DNA of 64,000 bases from Planctomycetota bacterium (GTDB taxonomy: Bacteria > Planctomycetota > UBA8108 > SXIK01): the NCBI GenBank assembly GCA_965223845.1, contig CBDCXR010000004.1, positions 6,656,001 to 6,720,000 of the forward strand, read 5' to 3'. A program made the position numbers and the translations under genes. The notes under the pieces are model-generated. The model saw only the letters and a list, made by a program, of their open reading frames with translations, was not told the DNA's origin and did no database searches. Below, piece after piece: positions 9,987 to 20,893 of this stretch. Each line of letters begins with the position of its first letter. Position 1 is the first letter of the stretch.

Positions 9987-11738
9987 TCAAGGACTCGCCG
10001 AGCGCACTAGCCGAAGAGCCGCCCGAACCACCATCGGCCCCGCCGCCGGCCCGAGCGACATCGACTCCTCGTACGCCCCCTCGCGGAAGTCGTACCCCGG
10101 AATCAAGTACCCGAGCTGATCGTTAGCGAGACCGACGATCATGCGCGGCGAGCCCTTCATGCGCTCGAGGATCTCGAACGAGAGCTCGGGAAGAAGCTCG
10201 CCCGGGATCGTCACCATCTCCGCGCTTCCGAGCCGCAGGTGAAAGAGCTCCGACACGATGCGACCGCGGTACGTCGGCCGGCGCTTCTCATGCATCTTCA
10301 TGAAGAGGCGCATACGCGGGTTCGTCACGGGGATTTCGATGCGTTGCCGACGAATCGCGAGGGTCCGCTCGATCGGTCGTGACGTCGCGAGGATTCGCTC
10401 CGCGATCCCTGCGAGTCGGCGGCCGCATCGTTCGGCTTCTTCGTGCGTCCGCGAGTCCGTGTCGCCCGACACCATCCCGCCGACCGCACCGTTCAGAAAG
10501 AGCGCCTGCGCGCCCGTCGTCCCGCGCAGCGCGTCGCAGAGGTAACCGGGGAAGTCTGCCGTCACCTCGAGCGGTCCGCCGTCCGGGCTGTCGATCCCTT
10601 CGACGTGACAAGCGAATTGAACGATCGTCGCGATCGGGCGATCGTTCTCGCCGATCGCCTGCAGGGCGACGACGTTGGGGTCGACGATGCCGGGATTGCG
10701 CGCGTTTCGAAAGAGCCCTGCGACGCGTGCCCCCGCGAGCGACAGCTCCTCGGACCCGGCGCGAAGCTCTTTGACCGGTCTTGCGTTCGCGAGCGCCTCG
10801 AGGACCGCCGACTCGATTCCGCGCTGAATCTTCTCAACGTACTTCTCGGGATAGAATCCGTAGATACCGATCGGATCGCCCGCCGTGTGGTTGTGCGACA
10901 TCGAGATGACGAGATGCGAAACCCCGCGTTTGCGGAGTCGTTCTTCCACGGGATCGATCTCGCTTTTCAGCATCCCGAAGATATCCGCGCCGACCACGGC
11001 GACCGCGAGTTCTCCGTAAACGAACACGGCAGCTCGCGCGCGCAGCGGATCGCGGATGACGTACTTGGTGGGGCCGAGCGCATTCTCGCCTTCGGGGGAA
11101 ATGTCCGCTTCGGCCGCGCCGCAGCGAAGGCGAGGGATCGGGTCGCCGGTGGCTGGTGAACCCCGACCGCCCGCGGCCCCGTCGCGGCGAAGACTGAGCG
11201 ACGCGCGCTCCCCCGCGTGAACGCGCGGGTGACCGTGCGGGAAGTGCGCGGCGCCGATCGTGCGCCCCCGCTCGTCGATCGTGAATCGAACGCCGAGGGC
11301 GGAGTAATCGAGGAGGGCTTGGCGCTCGAACTCGAGGCGGAACTCCGGCGCGCCGAGCTTCGTGCGGATCTTCGTCTCGGTCTCACACCCCGTCGGGATC
11401 GAGAACGCCTCGATCGTTCCGATCTTTCCCGCTTGCCGGCCTTTCTGAAGATGGAACGAGTCGAACGCGCCCTCGACCGTCGAGGGATAGAGCATCTTCC
11501 AGGCGTACCACTTCGCGGCGCGATCGGGCTTGCCGCGTTTCGCGACGAGATCGTCTACGGTCGAGAGCCCGGGGAGGAGGCCGTGGTGGAGGACGGGAGG
11601 AGGAGACTCGCCCGCAGGGTCACCTTTGACGGCTTGAGCGCGCGCGGACGAACCGACCGCGAACGCAATAACGCTCGCGAGGACGAGGGTGACGGGCGGT
11701 GCGGCGGTTTCTCGCGCCGAGCAAACGTTGCAGCACAC
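9987..11738 (-). CDS. Secreted neutral/alkaline ceramidase-like amidohydrolase with an extra N-terminal domain
   Basis: DPLRARAAV, SMSHNHTAGD, QFACHVE, TADFPGYLC, FLNGAVGG, TIPGELLPE and GLANDQLGYL motifs. Start uncertain (GTG 11738 with GGAG upstream). Confidence 0.75.
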   Translation of the reverse strand: MCCNVCSARETAAPPVTLVLASVIAFAVGSSARAQAVKGDPAGESPPPVLHHGLLPGLSTVDDLVAKRGKPDRAAKWYAWKMLYPSTVEGAFDSFHLQKGRQAGKIGTIEAFSIPTGCETETKIRTKLGAPEFRLEFERQALLDYSALGVRFTIDERGRTIGAAHFPHGHPRVHAGERASLSLRRDGAAGGRGSPATGDPIPRLRCGAAEADISPEGENALGPTKYVIRDPLRARAAVFVYGELAVAVVGADIFGMLKSEIDPVEERLRKRGVSHLVISMSHNHTAGDPIGIYGFYPEKYVEKIQRGIESAVLEALANARPVKELRAGSEELSLAGARVAGLFRNARNPGIVDPNVVALQAIGENDRPIATIVQFACHVEGIDSPDGGPLEVTADFPGYLCDALRGTTGAQALFLNGAVGGMVSGDTDSRTHEEAERCGRRLAGIAERILATSRPIERTLAIRRQRIEIPVTNPRMRLFMKMHEKRRPTYRGRIVSELFHLRLGSAEMVTIPGELLPELSFEILERMKGSPRMIVGLANDQLGYLIPGYDFREGAYEESMSLGPAAGPMVVRAALRLVRSASP

Positions 11739-12256
11739 GGGGCAGACTCCATCTATGGGTTCGGGTTGTCGTGCCGCCGACCGGGGCGGCCGCCGAGGCT
11801 GGCTCTCGAGACGTTCGAGTGTGAGCTTCACATTACGGATCTTCGCTGCGGCTTCGTTGTCGAGCAAGATTCCCGTTGACTCGCTCTTCGTAGCGGCGCG
11901 ATCATGGCCGAGTCGGGGTGGAGATCGATTGATCGGGTCAACCTACTGGTAGCGGTAGAGAGAGGCGTCAATTCGGCCGGAGGGCGGTAGAGATCTGCCC
12001 TCGCGAGTCTGGCGCCAGGGCAGTGTTCTTCCGGAGACGCGTTTCCCAGCGAATCCGGAACGGTCCCAGACCGGTTGGCAACGCTGAAGATAGGTAGCGT
12101 GTCAACAGAGTCATCGCGTCGTTCTCAGGCGCGATCGAGATAGACGCGTCCAACACCGTGATTCTTCGATTCGCGGGGCATTCGGACTCGGCGCGAAGGC
12201 GGCCTCCGAGTCCGACGTCACTGTCGCCCAAATCGCGAGTACTGGAGGGTTTCGGC

Positions 12257-15200
12257 ATGTTTCGCGCGGTCTTGCTCATTTCCTCGTCGATTGTTCTCTA
12301 TGCCGAGACGTCTCTCAGCTTTCCGCTCGACCCCCAGAATAAAGTCGCGGGTATTTCGTGGGCGGTCGAACGCGGTTTTGGCGCGCTGCCGCTTCGTTTC
12401 GAGCCGAATTTCGGGCAAGTCGCTGCGGAGGCTCGGTATCTGGCCCGCGGGGCGGGGTACGCGATCTGCATCGAGCCGATCGGCGCGACGATGGTCTTTC
12501 GCCAGAACGCGGGCGATGCCGATTCCGCGCGCGGTTCGGTCGTTCGGCTTCGATTCGTCGCTGCGAATCCGCGAGCCTCGTTTTCGAGCGTGGGTCGTCT
12601 CCCAGGGGTCAGCCATTACATCACGGGTCGAGATCGATCGCGCTGGATGGCCCGGGTCCCGCACTTCTCCCGCGTCGAGGCCGCCGAGGTGTATTCCGGA
12701 ATCGATGTCGCGTACTACGGCTCCGATCGGAGGCTCGAGTACGACTTCGTTCTCTCTCCCGGTGCGGATCCGGACTCGATCTGTCTTCGTTTCGACGGCG
12801 TGACGAACATCGCGATCGATAGCGACGGAAACCTCATCCTCGACACCGCGAACGTTCCGATTCGTCAGCGAGCTCCGCTAGCGTATCAGCGCGCCTCGGA
12901 CGGGTCGCACCAGCCGGTAAGAGTTGCGTACACTCTCGACTCCGAGCAACGTGTAAAGTTCGATCTCGGACCGTACGACCCCGACCGTGAGCTCGTGATC
13001 GATCCGATCGTCGACTACGCGACGCTCCTTGGAGGAGACGCGCAGGACCTCGCGAACGATGTCGCGGTGGACGGGTCTGGCGCGATGTACTTGACCGGAC
13101 ACACGAGTTCGACCGACTTCCCAACGAAGGCCGGCGGGTTCGACGTGACGAAGGACGCGAGCGACGCGTTTGTCACCAAGATCTCGCCGGACGGTCGAAA
13201 CGTCATCTACTCGACGTACCTCGGAGGTCCGGAGAGCGAGGGCGGGACCGGTCACGCGATCGTCGTCGATGATCTCGGACGGGCCCACATCGGCGGATCC
13301 ACTCTCGCGAGCTACTACGTGACACCGAACGCGGTCCAGGAGGTCGGGGAACGACCCGCGTTCGCGATGCGCCTGAGTGCTGACGGATCGGATGTCGAGT
13401 ACGGGACGCTGTTCACCGGGGCCGTCGGCGCGACGATACGCGATATCGCCGTGAGCGACGGGTTGATGTACGTCGTCGGTGACACGGACTCGACCGACCT
13501 TCCGATCCGCGGCGGCTTCCAAACGAACGCCTTCGGCGGCAGCGAAGCCTTCGTCGCCGTCTTCGACCCTGACGCACCGGCCGTGATCGGCGGCGTCGCC
13601 GAATCGCTCGTCTATTCGACCTACCTGGGCGGATCCGGCGACGATTTCGGGCGCGGGATCGCGATGTTCGGACCGGGGAACGTGGTCGTCACGGGTGCGA
13701 CCCGATCGACATCGGTTCTCGCGCGAATGTTCCCGACTCGGAACGCGATTCAGAACGATCCGGGTGCTTCCGCGATGACGACGGCGTTCGTCACGGGGAT
13801 CGCGACGCGAGTGGCCGGACCGGGATCATTGACCTTCTCGACCTTCCTCGGCGGATCGGCGGCCGAAAATGACGGGGAAGACGACGGCGGAATCGCGACC
13901 GACGCCGCCGGCACTATCTGGGTCGTCGGGTCGACGCGTTCGCTCGACTTTCCGGTTTCCGAAGATGCGGACCAGGGAAAGAACCTCGGCGAGCGAGACG
14001 CGTTCGTCGCGCGCATTGGGGATGAGGGGACAGGACTCGAGTACGCGACGTACCTCGGCGGCCAGTCGGACGACTACGCGGTCGACGTCGAAGTCGACAC
14101 CGCAGGTGACGTGCACGTCGTCGGTGATTCCGCGTCCAGCTCCTTCCCCTTGCTTGACCCCGTCCAGTCGGCCGCAGGGAGTTTCGACGCGTTTCTCGCC
14201 CTCTACTCCGGAAACGGCTCCCGCATCCATTCGACTCTCTACGGGGGCGATGGACGCGAACGAGTCGGGGGCGTTGCTGTGCGCGCCCCGGGTGCGTCGG
14301 TTTTCGCGGGGTCTACGCGAGAGCACACCGTCTCACGGTTTCCGACGACCGAGGGCGCCATTCAGTCCACGTTTTGGGGCTCGTCGATGGCGTTTGTCGT
14401 CGCAATTGGAGGCGACTCTTCTTGTCCTGAAGACGCACGACTCGAAGGAGTGACTCCGAAACTCGTGTCGACTGCGGGTGGGGATCTCAGTTTCCTGGGC
14501 GAAGGATTCACGGACGAAGTCGACGCGTACGTCGGAGATCAGCTACTCGAGTCGCCCGAGCGATCGGACGAACGGATTGCCGGATTTCTTCCGGCGCTTC
14601 CTGCAGGCGTGTACGACGCATCGCTCCGCTGCGGTGGGGAGATCTTGTCTGTCCTCGAGGACGCGGTCGTGGTCGCGCCGCCGCCGATTCTCGAGGGCGT
14701 CGAGCCGAACACTTTTCCACTCGACGGCGGAGTCGCTGTCGAGGTCATCGGCGGGAACTTCCGCGGTGAAACCGTAGTTCGACTCGGGGACGTCCCGCTC
14801 GCCAATCCTCTTGTGGCGGCTGACGGCCGCAGCATCCGTGGCGTCGCGCCTGCGCAGGCCGCACCGGGACAATACGACGTCGTCGCGACGGACTCTCGGG
14901 GCGTGTCGCGACTGGAGGGCGCGGTGACCTACTTCGCGTTCGATCCGTGTGACGGCGAAGACGTTCGGATCGACGGCGTTTCACCGGACGTGATCGAGCC
15001 ACTGGTCGAGACTGCGATCGACGTCCGCGGCGCCGGTTTCGTCGCGGAACACTCTCTTCGCCTCGAGAGCGGCCGCGTGGTTAGTGCATCAGTCGAATCT
15101 CCCGAGTTGATTCGAGCGAACATCGATGGCGTCGAGCCAGGTCTGTGGGACGTGGAGCTACTCTGTCCGACGGGTGCGGTCGTAGCGCGTCTGCGTGACG

Positions 15201-18200
15201 CACTGGAGGCTCGCCGTGGAGCTCCGTCGCTCACTCGAGTCGAGCCGCACGAAGTTCAGATCGAAGGGGGAGATAGCGTCGACGTCTTCGGCGAGAATCT
15301 GACGGAGGACACCGTCATCTTCTTCGCCCACCGACCTTTGCGAGACGCCAGACTCGTCGAAGGGCGCGAGGAGACGTTCATCCGCGGCATCGCGCCCGTG
15401 GGCGATGTCATCGGGCCCGTCGACGTGACTGCGCGCGACCCGGCCGGCGACTTCGTGCTCGAGGGCGGAGTTCGGTACGTGCGAGAGGGCAACCACATCC
15501 TCGGACCGGAGCAGGGCGAGGCGAGCCTCGCCGAGGGAACGGCGCGGTTCTCGTGGTACAACCCGGTCGCCTTCGAACGGATCGAAGTCTTGGACGAAGG
15601 CGGCAACCTCATCGACGAGCTCGACGGCGAAGCAACGGCCTACCGTTCGGACGCCGGGGATCGAGAGTCGATCACGTATTCCTTCGTTGGTTACTCCTCG
15701 GCCGATCAAGCGTCCGCGGAGCTTTCCCTCACGGCCGTTGCCCAGGACTGTGACACTCCTCCGCCATTGAGCGCCGTCGTTCAGGCACTCGATCAACGTC
15801 TCGGGGGTCTCGAGTACGCCGACGTCGAATTCAGTCTCTACGGCGCACATTCAGAGGCTGACTCCGATCGCTGCGCCGAGCCAGGCGGCGTGCTCAAGTT
15901 GGCGGCGGCAGATCTGCCACCGAGAACGGGCGCGCTCGAACCAGGCGTGGGCAACATTTCTCGGCCGAATCTTCCCGATGCGAAGCTGCCTCAAAGCGAA
16001 GCGGTGACGGGATTCTCGCTCGAAAATCCAGCGACGAAACTCGAGTTCGCGGTCCACTATCGAAAGCTCGCGGTCGCGGCGGGCGTGCGTCTGCGCGGCC
16101 ATCTCATCCAAACTTCTCCGGATTCAGGCTTTGAGGACGAGTTCTCATTTCCGCCGGTCAACATTTCGGCGACCAACGATTGGCACGTCGTCACCTACTT
16201 CCGCGCCGATTCGGACATCGGACGTGAACTCGAGGGACCCAACGATCCCGGTCCCCGGCCTTGCGGCGGCGGCGAGTGCGCCGGGGCGGAGATACCGGCC
16301 GGCGACTACGTTCTCAAGCTGTACGCGGTGAGCGGCGACCGCCAGATCCCCTACTACGCGCTCAGTAGTAATCCCGAGCCGGACGAGCTGCTCATTCCCG
16401 GGACACCCTGTCCGCCCTATCCGCTCGTACGAGTTCGCGATGTTTCCGGCGAGGCGACGCTGCCGCTCGTGTCGGGTCTCCACTGCGGGAAGCTCGAGGG
16501 AGTGCAGTGCTCCAACGACGATGTCCGCGTTCGAGTGACGGCTTTGGGTTTTTGGCTGGACGAGTGCAATCAAACTCACTCCCTCGAGCCGGTCGATCCT
16601 CGTTTCGAGTTTCAGTGGAAGATCTATACCGGATCAGTCCCGCGGGTGATTCCCTGGAGCCACCGAAACTGGTTTGAGGCTTGCCTCGCCTGCGGCTGTT
16701 ACGAGGTCGAGATTTCCGTTCGGCAAACGGGCTGTCCGACCGTTCTCAAGTACACTCGAGAGCTCGTGGTCACGCCGCCGAACTTGGCCTGTAATCCGTC
16801 GCGTCGCTTCGAGTTCCTGTACCCTCAACCTTCGCCGGCCGGCCTCGACGGCATCATCGGACTCAATCCGCCGGATGGACGACTCGGACTCGGCTCCGCG
16901 GATGAGCGCCCCTTGGAGTTTCAGATCCTCGTTTCGCCGAACACGACTTGCGGCGGTCCAGGCACGGGAAGCGTTGACAAGGACGATATCGAATTCGACA
17001 TCGGCATCCCTGGCACCAATACCTTCCGCATGGGAATTCCGTTCGAAGTCACGGACGGCTGCCCGAACACGATCGGCGGGAGCAAATACTTTCGAGTTAG
17101 GATCGCTGACCTCGGTGCCGTTCCGTATCACCCGGCGCTCGAAAGTTTCAACGGGACGCAGCTCTGGGTAATCGGCCACGCGAAGGGGACGAACGAGCCG
17201 TGGCAATCATTCTCTGGCACTCTGCGGCTCTATAATCCGCCGGCGTGCTTGGCGACGAACTCGTGGCGCGGTACCTGGGAAGAACCCGGATGCTATCGTT
17301 TCGAAACTCGCTCCAGCGAACAGCCGGAACAGCGCTTCTCGATGGGGCCGAGTCTGCCGATTGACATCGACCTTCCGGAGCTCGGTGACGGGGGGGCGGC
17401 GTCGATCAACGTCGAGGGCCATTCGTCAAACGCGGTCCAGGGCGGCTTCACCTCCCAGTTCACTCTCGAGGGCGGTGTGTGGTCCGAAGAGTCGGGCGTC
17501 GGCGGTATGCGCGGTGGCATGATGGGAAACGACATCACCGGCGCGCCGCTCGAGGTGGAGCCGAGCAGTGGCGCCGCCAAACGGCGGTGGAAGGGGGCCG
17601 ACGGAGACGACGACGATGACAACGACGATGACAAGAAACTGCCGTCGTGGGAATGGTGTGATGGCGGCAACCTCTTTAACTACGAGTTCAAGGAGGATCT
17701 CTACTCGGGCGTTATCTATCAGGGGACGATTTGGGTTATCCCGGTCAGCATCTGGGCAAATATCGGCTTCGGCTTTTTTCTCAATATTGATTACCAGCTC
17801 ACATTCAAGCTCCATCCGTTCGCGATCATCGACGGGTTCGATGCCGTCTGCGATGCGTTCGACGTCCCTCCGTGCAATCCGCTCGAGGGCTGCAATCCGT
17901 TCGAACCCGATTCCTGCAACATCAATTTCGAGAACTGCAAGATCTCGCTCGCCGACGCGTGGATGTACCTTCTTGTGCAGGCGGGAATCAATATTCCGGC
18001 GTCGATTCGCGCCGACATCCTCTTCGGAGTAGCCTCGGTCGCGATCACGGTGAAGCCGGAGGCGTCGTTTCACATCACGCCGTGGATCGAGGCGCACGCG
18101 CAGCTCCCCGATCCCGTGTTCGCCCCGCACATGGATCTCGGCGCGAGATTCAAACTCTTCGCCTCGTTGAAAGCCTGCATCTTCTGGGGGCTACAGTGCA

Positions 18201-20875
18201 TTTCGATCCCCGACCCGGTCGACACTCCCATCATCGACGAACCGATTTTCGAGTGCCCGAACCCTCCGTTCGATTGCGTGTCACCCAACTGCATCGAAGT
18301 GTGCGAGGAAGATGAAGAAGGCGATAAATTCCGGCAACGATTCTTCGATAAGGATCGGGCCGCGAGACTTGCTGGGCGCCAGGACAAGGGTGGTGCCGGG
18401 ACGGGGATCTTCAAGATCCACGAGGTCGTCTCCATTCCCGAGACGTTCTACTCGCCGGACGGAGGGACCTACGTCGACGTCTGGATGAGTGCGGAGGAGG
18501 GAGACGGTGGTGCACTCAACGTGCGCCGCGTCGGTGACGTCTCCCGTGACTACGTCTTCACGTTGGGCGGCCCGAACCCGTTCTTCCTCGACCCGTCTGG
18601 TGCTTTCATCACCGACGATATCGCTCTGATCGCGTTCACGCAGTCGAATCCCAACTTGATGATGAATCTTCCGGCGCTCGACATCGATGATCCGGGGCCG
18701 CACGTCGACGCCTCGAACCACAACGCGGCGGTCGCCAATATTCGCGTCCACGCCCTAACCCCCACAACTTCCGGTTCGGCACAGCTCATCAGTTCGGGCG
18801 AGGACGTTTCGGAGGCGTCGGTGAACCAGGCGAGTTGGCGGGCCGATGGAATGGCGTCCATGGCCGGCATGCCGGGCGCGTCCGAGGCTTGGCTCGCGTG
18901 GGTGCGCTACAACGATGAGTTCCTCGAGGATAAGGGCACCCGCGAGATTCGAGTGTACTGCACCCCACCGGGATGCCGCTCGGGTCGCACGTTCGAGACG
19001 GAGGTCGTCCGAGATCTACAGCCGACGCTCAACCGAACGGGCGTCTACGTTCGACGCATCACCTACACCGAGCAGGACGGCGTGCACGCGGTACCTGGTT
19101 CGTCTCCGATGGAAGTCTCCACCGTCGCCGGTATCAACATCGAACCGGAAGTCGCGGCCCTTCGTGACGGGAGCGCCGCGGTTTGCGTGTGGGTTCACAA
19201 CGGCCAGCACGAAAACATGACGGACGACAATCGCGGTTGGAATTTGCATTTCTCGCGTTGGGAGCGAACCACCGGTCAGTGGAGCGCTCCCGTCGACGTC
19301 GTCGACTCCGCCATCCTTGCAGATTACCCGGGAATCCTCGAGCCGCGCGTGGTGGTGAAGCCCGGAGATGCCGGGAGATTCGAGGGCCTTCTCGCGTTCA
19401 CGGCCGTTCCCCCCGGAGCGGAGCCGAACGACACCGGGTTGGGCGGCCTTCGGTTCCTCTACACCCTTCGTTTCCGAGAAGAGGCCAACGGTACGGTCAC
19501 GTTCGATACGCCGATCCGAATTCGGGGACGGTGCGACGCCCCGATATACGTCTGGGACTACGAGTTCGGCTACGAGCTCGATGTCTTTGCCCCCAGCCCG
19601 GAGGACGACCTACTCTTCAAGTACGGCCCGGAGGCAGTGATCGTGTTCCAGTGCCGCGGCGTGCCGGGTACGAGGGCGAGCGCCGGCGATGTCATGGTCA
19701 CCGCGCTTCCGGATTCGACGGACGAGTGGTCCCCGCCCGTCTGCGTGACTGGGAGCGACCGGACCATTACGAACACGGTGGCGTCGGTCAGCCCGATTGG
19801 CGGCGTTCACGCGGTGTATCTCGACCAGGGCGCCTCGATCGAGGGGTTCGCGGCGGAGATTCAGCAGAACGGCCGCGTCGCAGCGATTCAGGGAATTCCC
19901 CCGCGCGGTTACCAAACCATCGACTGCGCGCTCGACCCCGACTTAGCGCTCGTGCGCTGCGATCTGAGTCATCAGTTCGCGGGTCCCGGTTCGACCGTCA
20001 CGGCCCGAGTACGCGTCGAGAACCGCGGACTCGCAGGGTCCGCGGTCGATTCTGGTGGGAATAGCCTCAGCGGCGTGCAGATTCTCTACTATTCGGATGA
20101 CCCGGAGTTTCGGGACGACCCAGGGCGCGTGGTCGCGGCGCTCGAGCTGCCCGAGATTCCGCCGGGCATGACGCATGACCTAACGTTCGAGATCGAGATG
20201 CCCCACGACCCCGTTCGACTCGAAGCGCGTGTGTTCCCGAATCCCATCGATCGCGACGATTCGAACAACAAGAAATCGTGCGATTTCGGCGCGCCTCGAC
20301 CGCTCGATCTCTTCTGCCAGGCGAGAATCATCGAAGACAGCGAGCGGGGCGAGAACATCGTCGCCGTGCTCGAGTGGCAGAATCCCGTTAAGTACGAGGA
20401 GATGCTCGTCTACCGCGATCAGAAACTGATCGCGTCGATCCCGGGATCCGTCGAACGTTTCGTCGACATCGAAATCGAGGAGACGGTCAACCTCGGCGTC
20501 GAACATGTCTACTCGATTCGAGGTTGCCTTGGCGTGTCGCGCTCGAGCTACGCAACGTGTGCACTGCAGCCGCCGATCGAATCTTCCGGTGACTTCCGTC
20601 GTGGCGACGCCAACGCGGACGGCGCAGTCAACATCTCCGACCCGATATTCGGCCTGAACCGGCTGTTCGGCGACGGCGAAGTCTTGCCGTGTCTTGAGAG
20701 CGGCGACGTCAACGCCGACGCGGCGTTCAACATCGCGGATCCGATTTTCCTCCTCAACAATCTGTTCGGCGACGGACCTTCGCCCGTCGAAGGCCACGGG
20801 GCGCGCGGATTCGACTGTGGTCCAGATCCCGATCCGGAGTCGTCGCTCGGTTGCGACCTCTACGACAAGTGCTGA
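12257..20875 (+). CDS. Giant (~2870 aa) secreted protein: SBBP beta-propeller repeats, IPT/TIG domains, long unknown Cys-rich core, CARDB-like domain, C-terminal dockerin-like domain
   Basis: ATG 12257 after GGAGG; PLRFEPNFGQ and LEYDFVLSPGADP; repeated YSTYLGG/DAFV; IPT repeats (xxVxP..GG..V.V.G.NF); ARVRVENRG..DRDDSNN; FRRGDANADGAVNISDPIFGLNRLF. Confidence 0.9.
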   Translation: MFRAVLLISSSIVLYAETSLSFPLDPQNKVAGISWAVERGFGALPLRFEPNFGQVAAEARYLARGAGYAICIEPIGATMVFRQNAGDADSARGSVVRLRFVAANPRASFSSVGRLPGVSHYITGRDRSRWMARVPHFSRVEAAEVYSGIDVAYYGSDRRLEYDFVLSPGADPDSICLRFDGVTNIAIDSDGNLILDTANVPIRQRAPLAYQRASDGSHQPVRVAYTLDSEQRVKFDLGPYDPDRELVIDPIVDYATLLGGDAQDLANDVAVDGSGAMYLTGHTSSTDFPTKAGGFDVTKDASDAFVTKISPDGRNVIYSTYLGGPESEGGTGHAIVVDDLGRAHIGGSTLASYYVTPNAVQEVGERPAFAMRLSADGSDVEYGTLFTGAVGATIRDIAVSDGLMYVVGDTDSTDLPIRGGFQTNAFGGSEAFVAVFDPDAPAVIGGVAESLVYSTYLGGSGDDFGRGIAMFGPGNVVVTGATRSTSVLARMFPTRNAIQNDPGASAMTTAFVTGIATRVAGPGSLTFSTFLGGSAAENDGEDDGGIATDAAGTIWVVGSTRSLDFPVSEDADQGKNLGERDAFVARIGDEGTGLEYATYLGGQSDDYAVDVEVDTAGDVHVVGDSASSSFPLLDPVQSAAGSFDAFLALYSGNGSRIHSTLYGGDGRERVGGVAVRAPGASVFAGSTREHTVSRFPTTEGAIQSTFWGSSMAFVVAIGGDSSCPEDARLEGVTPKLVSTAGGDLSFLGEGFTDEVDAYVGDQLLESPERSDERIAGFLPALPAGVYDASLRCGGEILSVLEDAVVVAPPPILEGVEPNTFPLDGGVAVEVIGGNFRGETVVRLGDVPLANPLVAADGRSIRGVAPAQAAPGQYDVVATDSRGVSRLEGAVTYFAFDPCDGEDVRIDGVSPDVIEPLVETAIDVRGAGFVAEHSLRLESGRVVSASVESPELIRANIDGVEPGLWDVELLCPTGAVVARLRDALEARRGAPSLTRVEPHEVQIEGGDSVDVFGENLTEDTVIFFAHRPLRDARLVEGREETFIRGIAPVGDVIGPVDVTARDPAGDFVLEGGVRYVREGNHILGPEQGEASLAEGTARFSWYNPVAFERIEVLDEGGNLIDELDGEATAYRSDAGDRESITYSFVGYSSADQASAELSLTAVAQDCDTPPPLSAVVQALDQRLGGLEYADVEFSLYGAHSEADSDRCAEPGGVLKLAAADLPPRTGALEPGVGNISRPNLPDAKLPQSEAVTGFSLENPATKLEFAVHYRKLAVAAGVRLRGHLIQTSPDSGFEDEFSFPPVNISATNDWHVVTYFRADSDIGRELEGPNDPGPRPCGGGECAGAEIPAGDYVLKLYAVSGDRQIPYYALSSNPEPDELLIPGTPCPPYPLVRVRDVSGEATLPLVSGLHCGKLEGVQCSNDDVRVRVTALGFWLDECNQTHSLEPVDPRFEFQWKIYTGSVPRVIPWSHRNWFEACLACGCYEVEISVRQTGCPTVLKYTRELVVTPPNLACNPSRRFEFLYPQPSPAGLDGIIGLNPPDGRLGLGSADERPLEFQILVSPNTTCGGPGTGSVDKDDIEFDIGIPGTNTFRMGIPFEVTDGCPNTIGGSKYFRVRIADLGAVPYHPALESFNGTQLWVIGHAKGTNEPWQSFSGTLRLYNPPACLATNSWRGTWEEPGCYRFETRSSEQPEQRFSMGPSLPIDIDLPELGDGGAASINVEGHSSNAVQGGFTSQFTLEGGVWSEESGVGGMRGGMMGNDITGAPLEVEPSSGAAKRRWKGADGDDDDDNDDDKKLPSWEWCDGGNLFNYEFKEDLYSGVIYQGTIWVIPVSIWANIGFGFFLNIDYQLTFKLHPFAIIDGFDAVCDAFDVPPCNPLEGCNPFEPDSCNINFENCKISLADAWMYLLVQAGINIPASIRADILFGVASVAITVKPEASFHITPWIEAHAQLPDPVFAPHMDLGARFKLFASLKACIFWGLQCISIPDPVDTPIIDEPIFECPNPPFDCVSPNCIEVCEEDEEGDKFRQRFFDKDRAARLAGRQDKGGAGTGIFKIHEVVSIPETFYSPDGGTYVDVWMSAEEGDGGALNVRRVGDVSRDYVFTLGGPNPFFLDPSGAFITDDIALIAFTQSNPNLMMNLPALDIDDPGPHVDASNHNAAVANIRVHALTPTTSGSAQLISSGEDVSEASVNQASWRADGMASMAGMPGASEAWLAWVRYNDEFLEDKGTREIRVYCTPPGCRSGRTFETEVVRDLQPTLNRTGVYVRRITYTEQDGVHAVPGSSPMEVSTVAGINIEPEVAALRDGSAAVCVWVHNGQHENMTDDNRGWNLHFSRWERTTGQWSAPVDVVDSAILADYPGILEPRVVVKPGDAGRFEGLLAFTAVPPGAEPNDTGLGGLRFLYTLRFREEANGTVTFDTPIRIRGRCDAPIYVWDYEFGYELDVFAPSPEDDLLFKYGPEAVIVFQCRGVPGTRASAGDVMVTALPDSTDEWSPPVCVTGSDRTITNTVASVSPIGGVHAVYLDQGASIEGFAAEIQQNGRVAAIQGIPPRGYQTIDCALDPDLALVRCDLSHQFAGPGSTVTARVRVENRGLAGSAVDSGGNSLSGVQILYYSDDPEFRDDPGRVVAALELPEIPPGMTHDLTFEIEMPHDPVRLEARVFPNPIDRDDSNNKKSCDFGAPRPLDLFCQARIIEDSERGENIVAVLEWQNPVKYEEMLVYRDQKLIASIPGSVERFVDIEIEETVNLGVEHVYSIRGCLGVSRSSYATCALQPPIESSGDFRRGDANADGAVNISDPIFGLNRLFGDGEVLPCLESGDVNADAAFNIADPIFLLNNLFGDGPSPVEGHGARGFDCGPDPDPESSLGCDLYDKC

Positions 20876-20893
20876 CCGGAAGAGGAACCTCGG

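Noticed and set aside
11868-12256. Short ORFs or ncRNA in the divergent intergenic region (likewise 60300-60890)
   Set aside because: No recognisable protein motif, tRNA fold or riboswitch consensus by eye; an Rfam/Infernal scan would be needed to exclude them.
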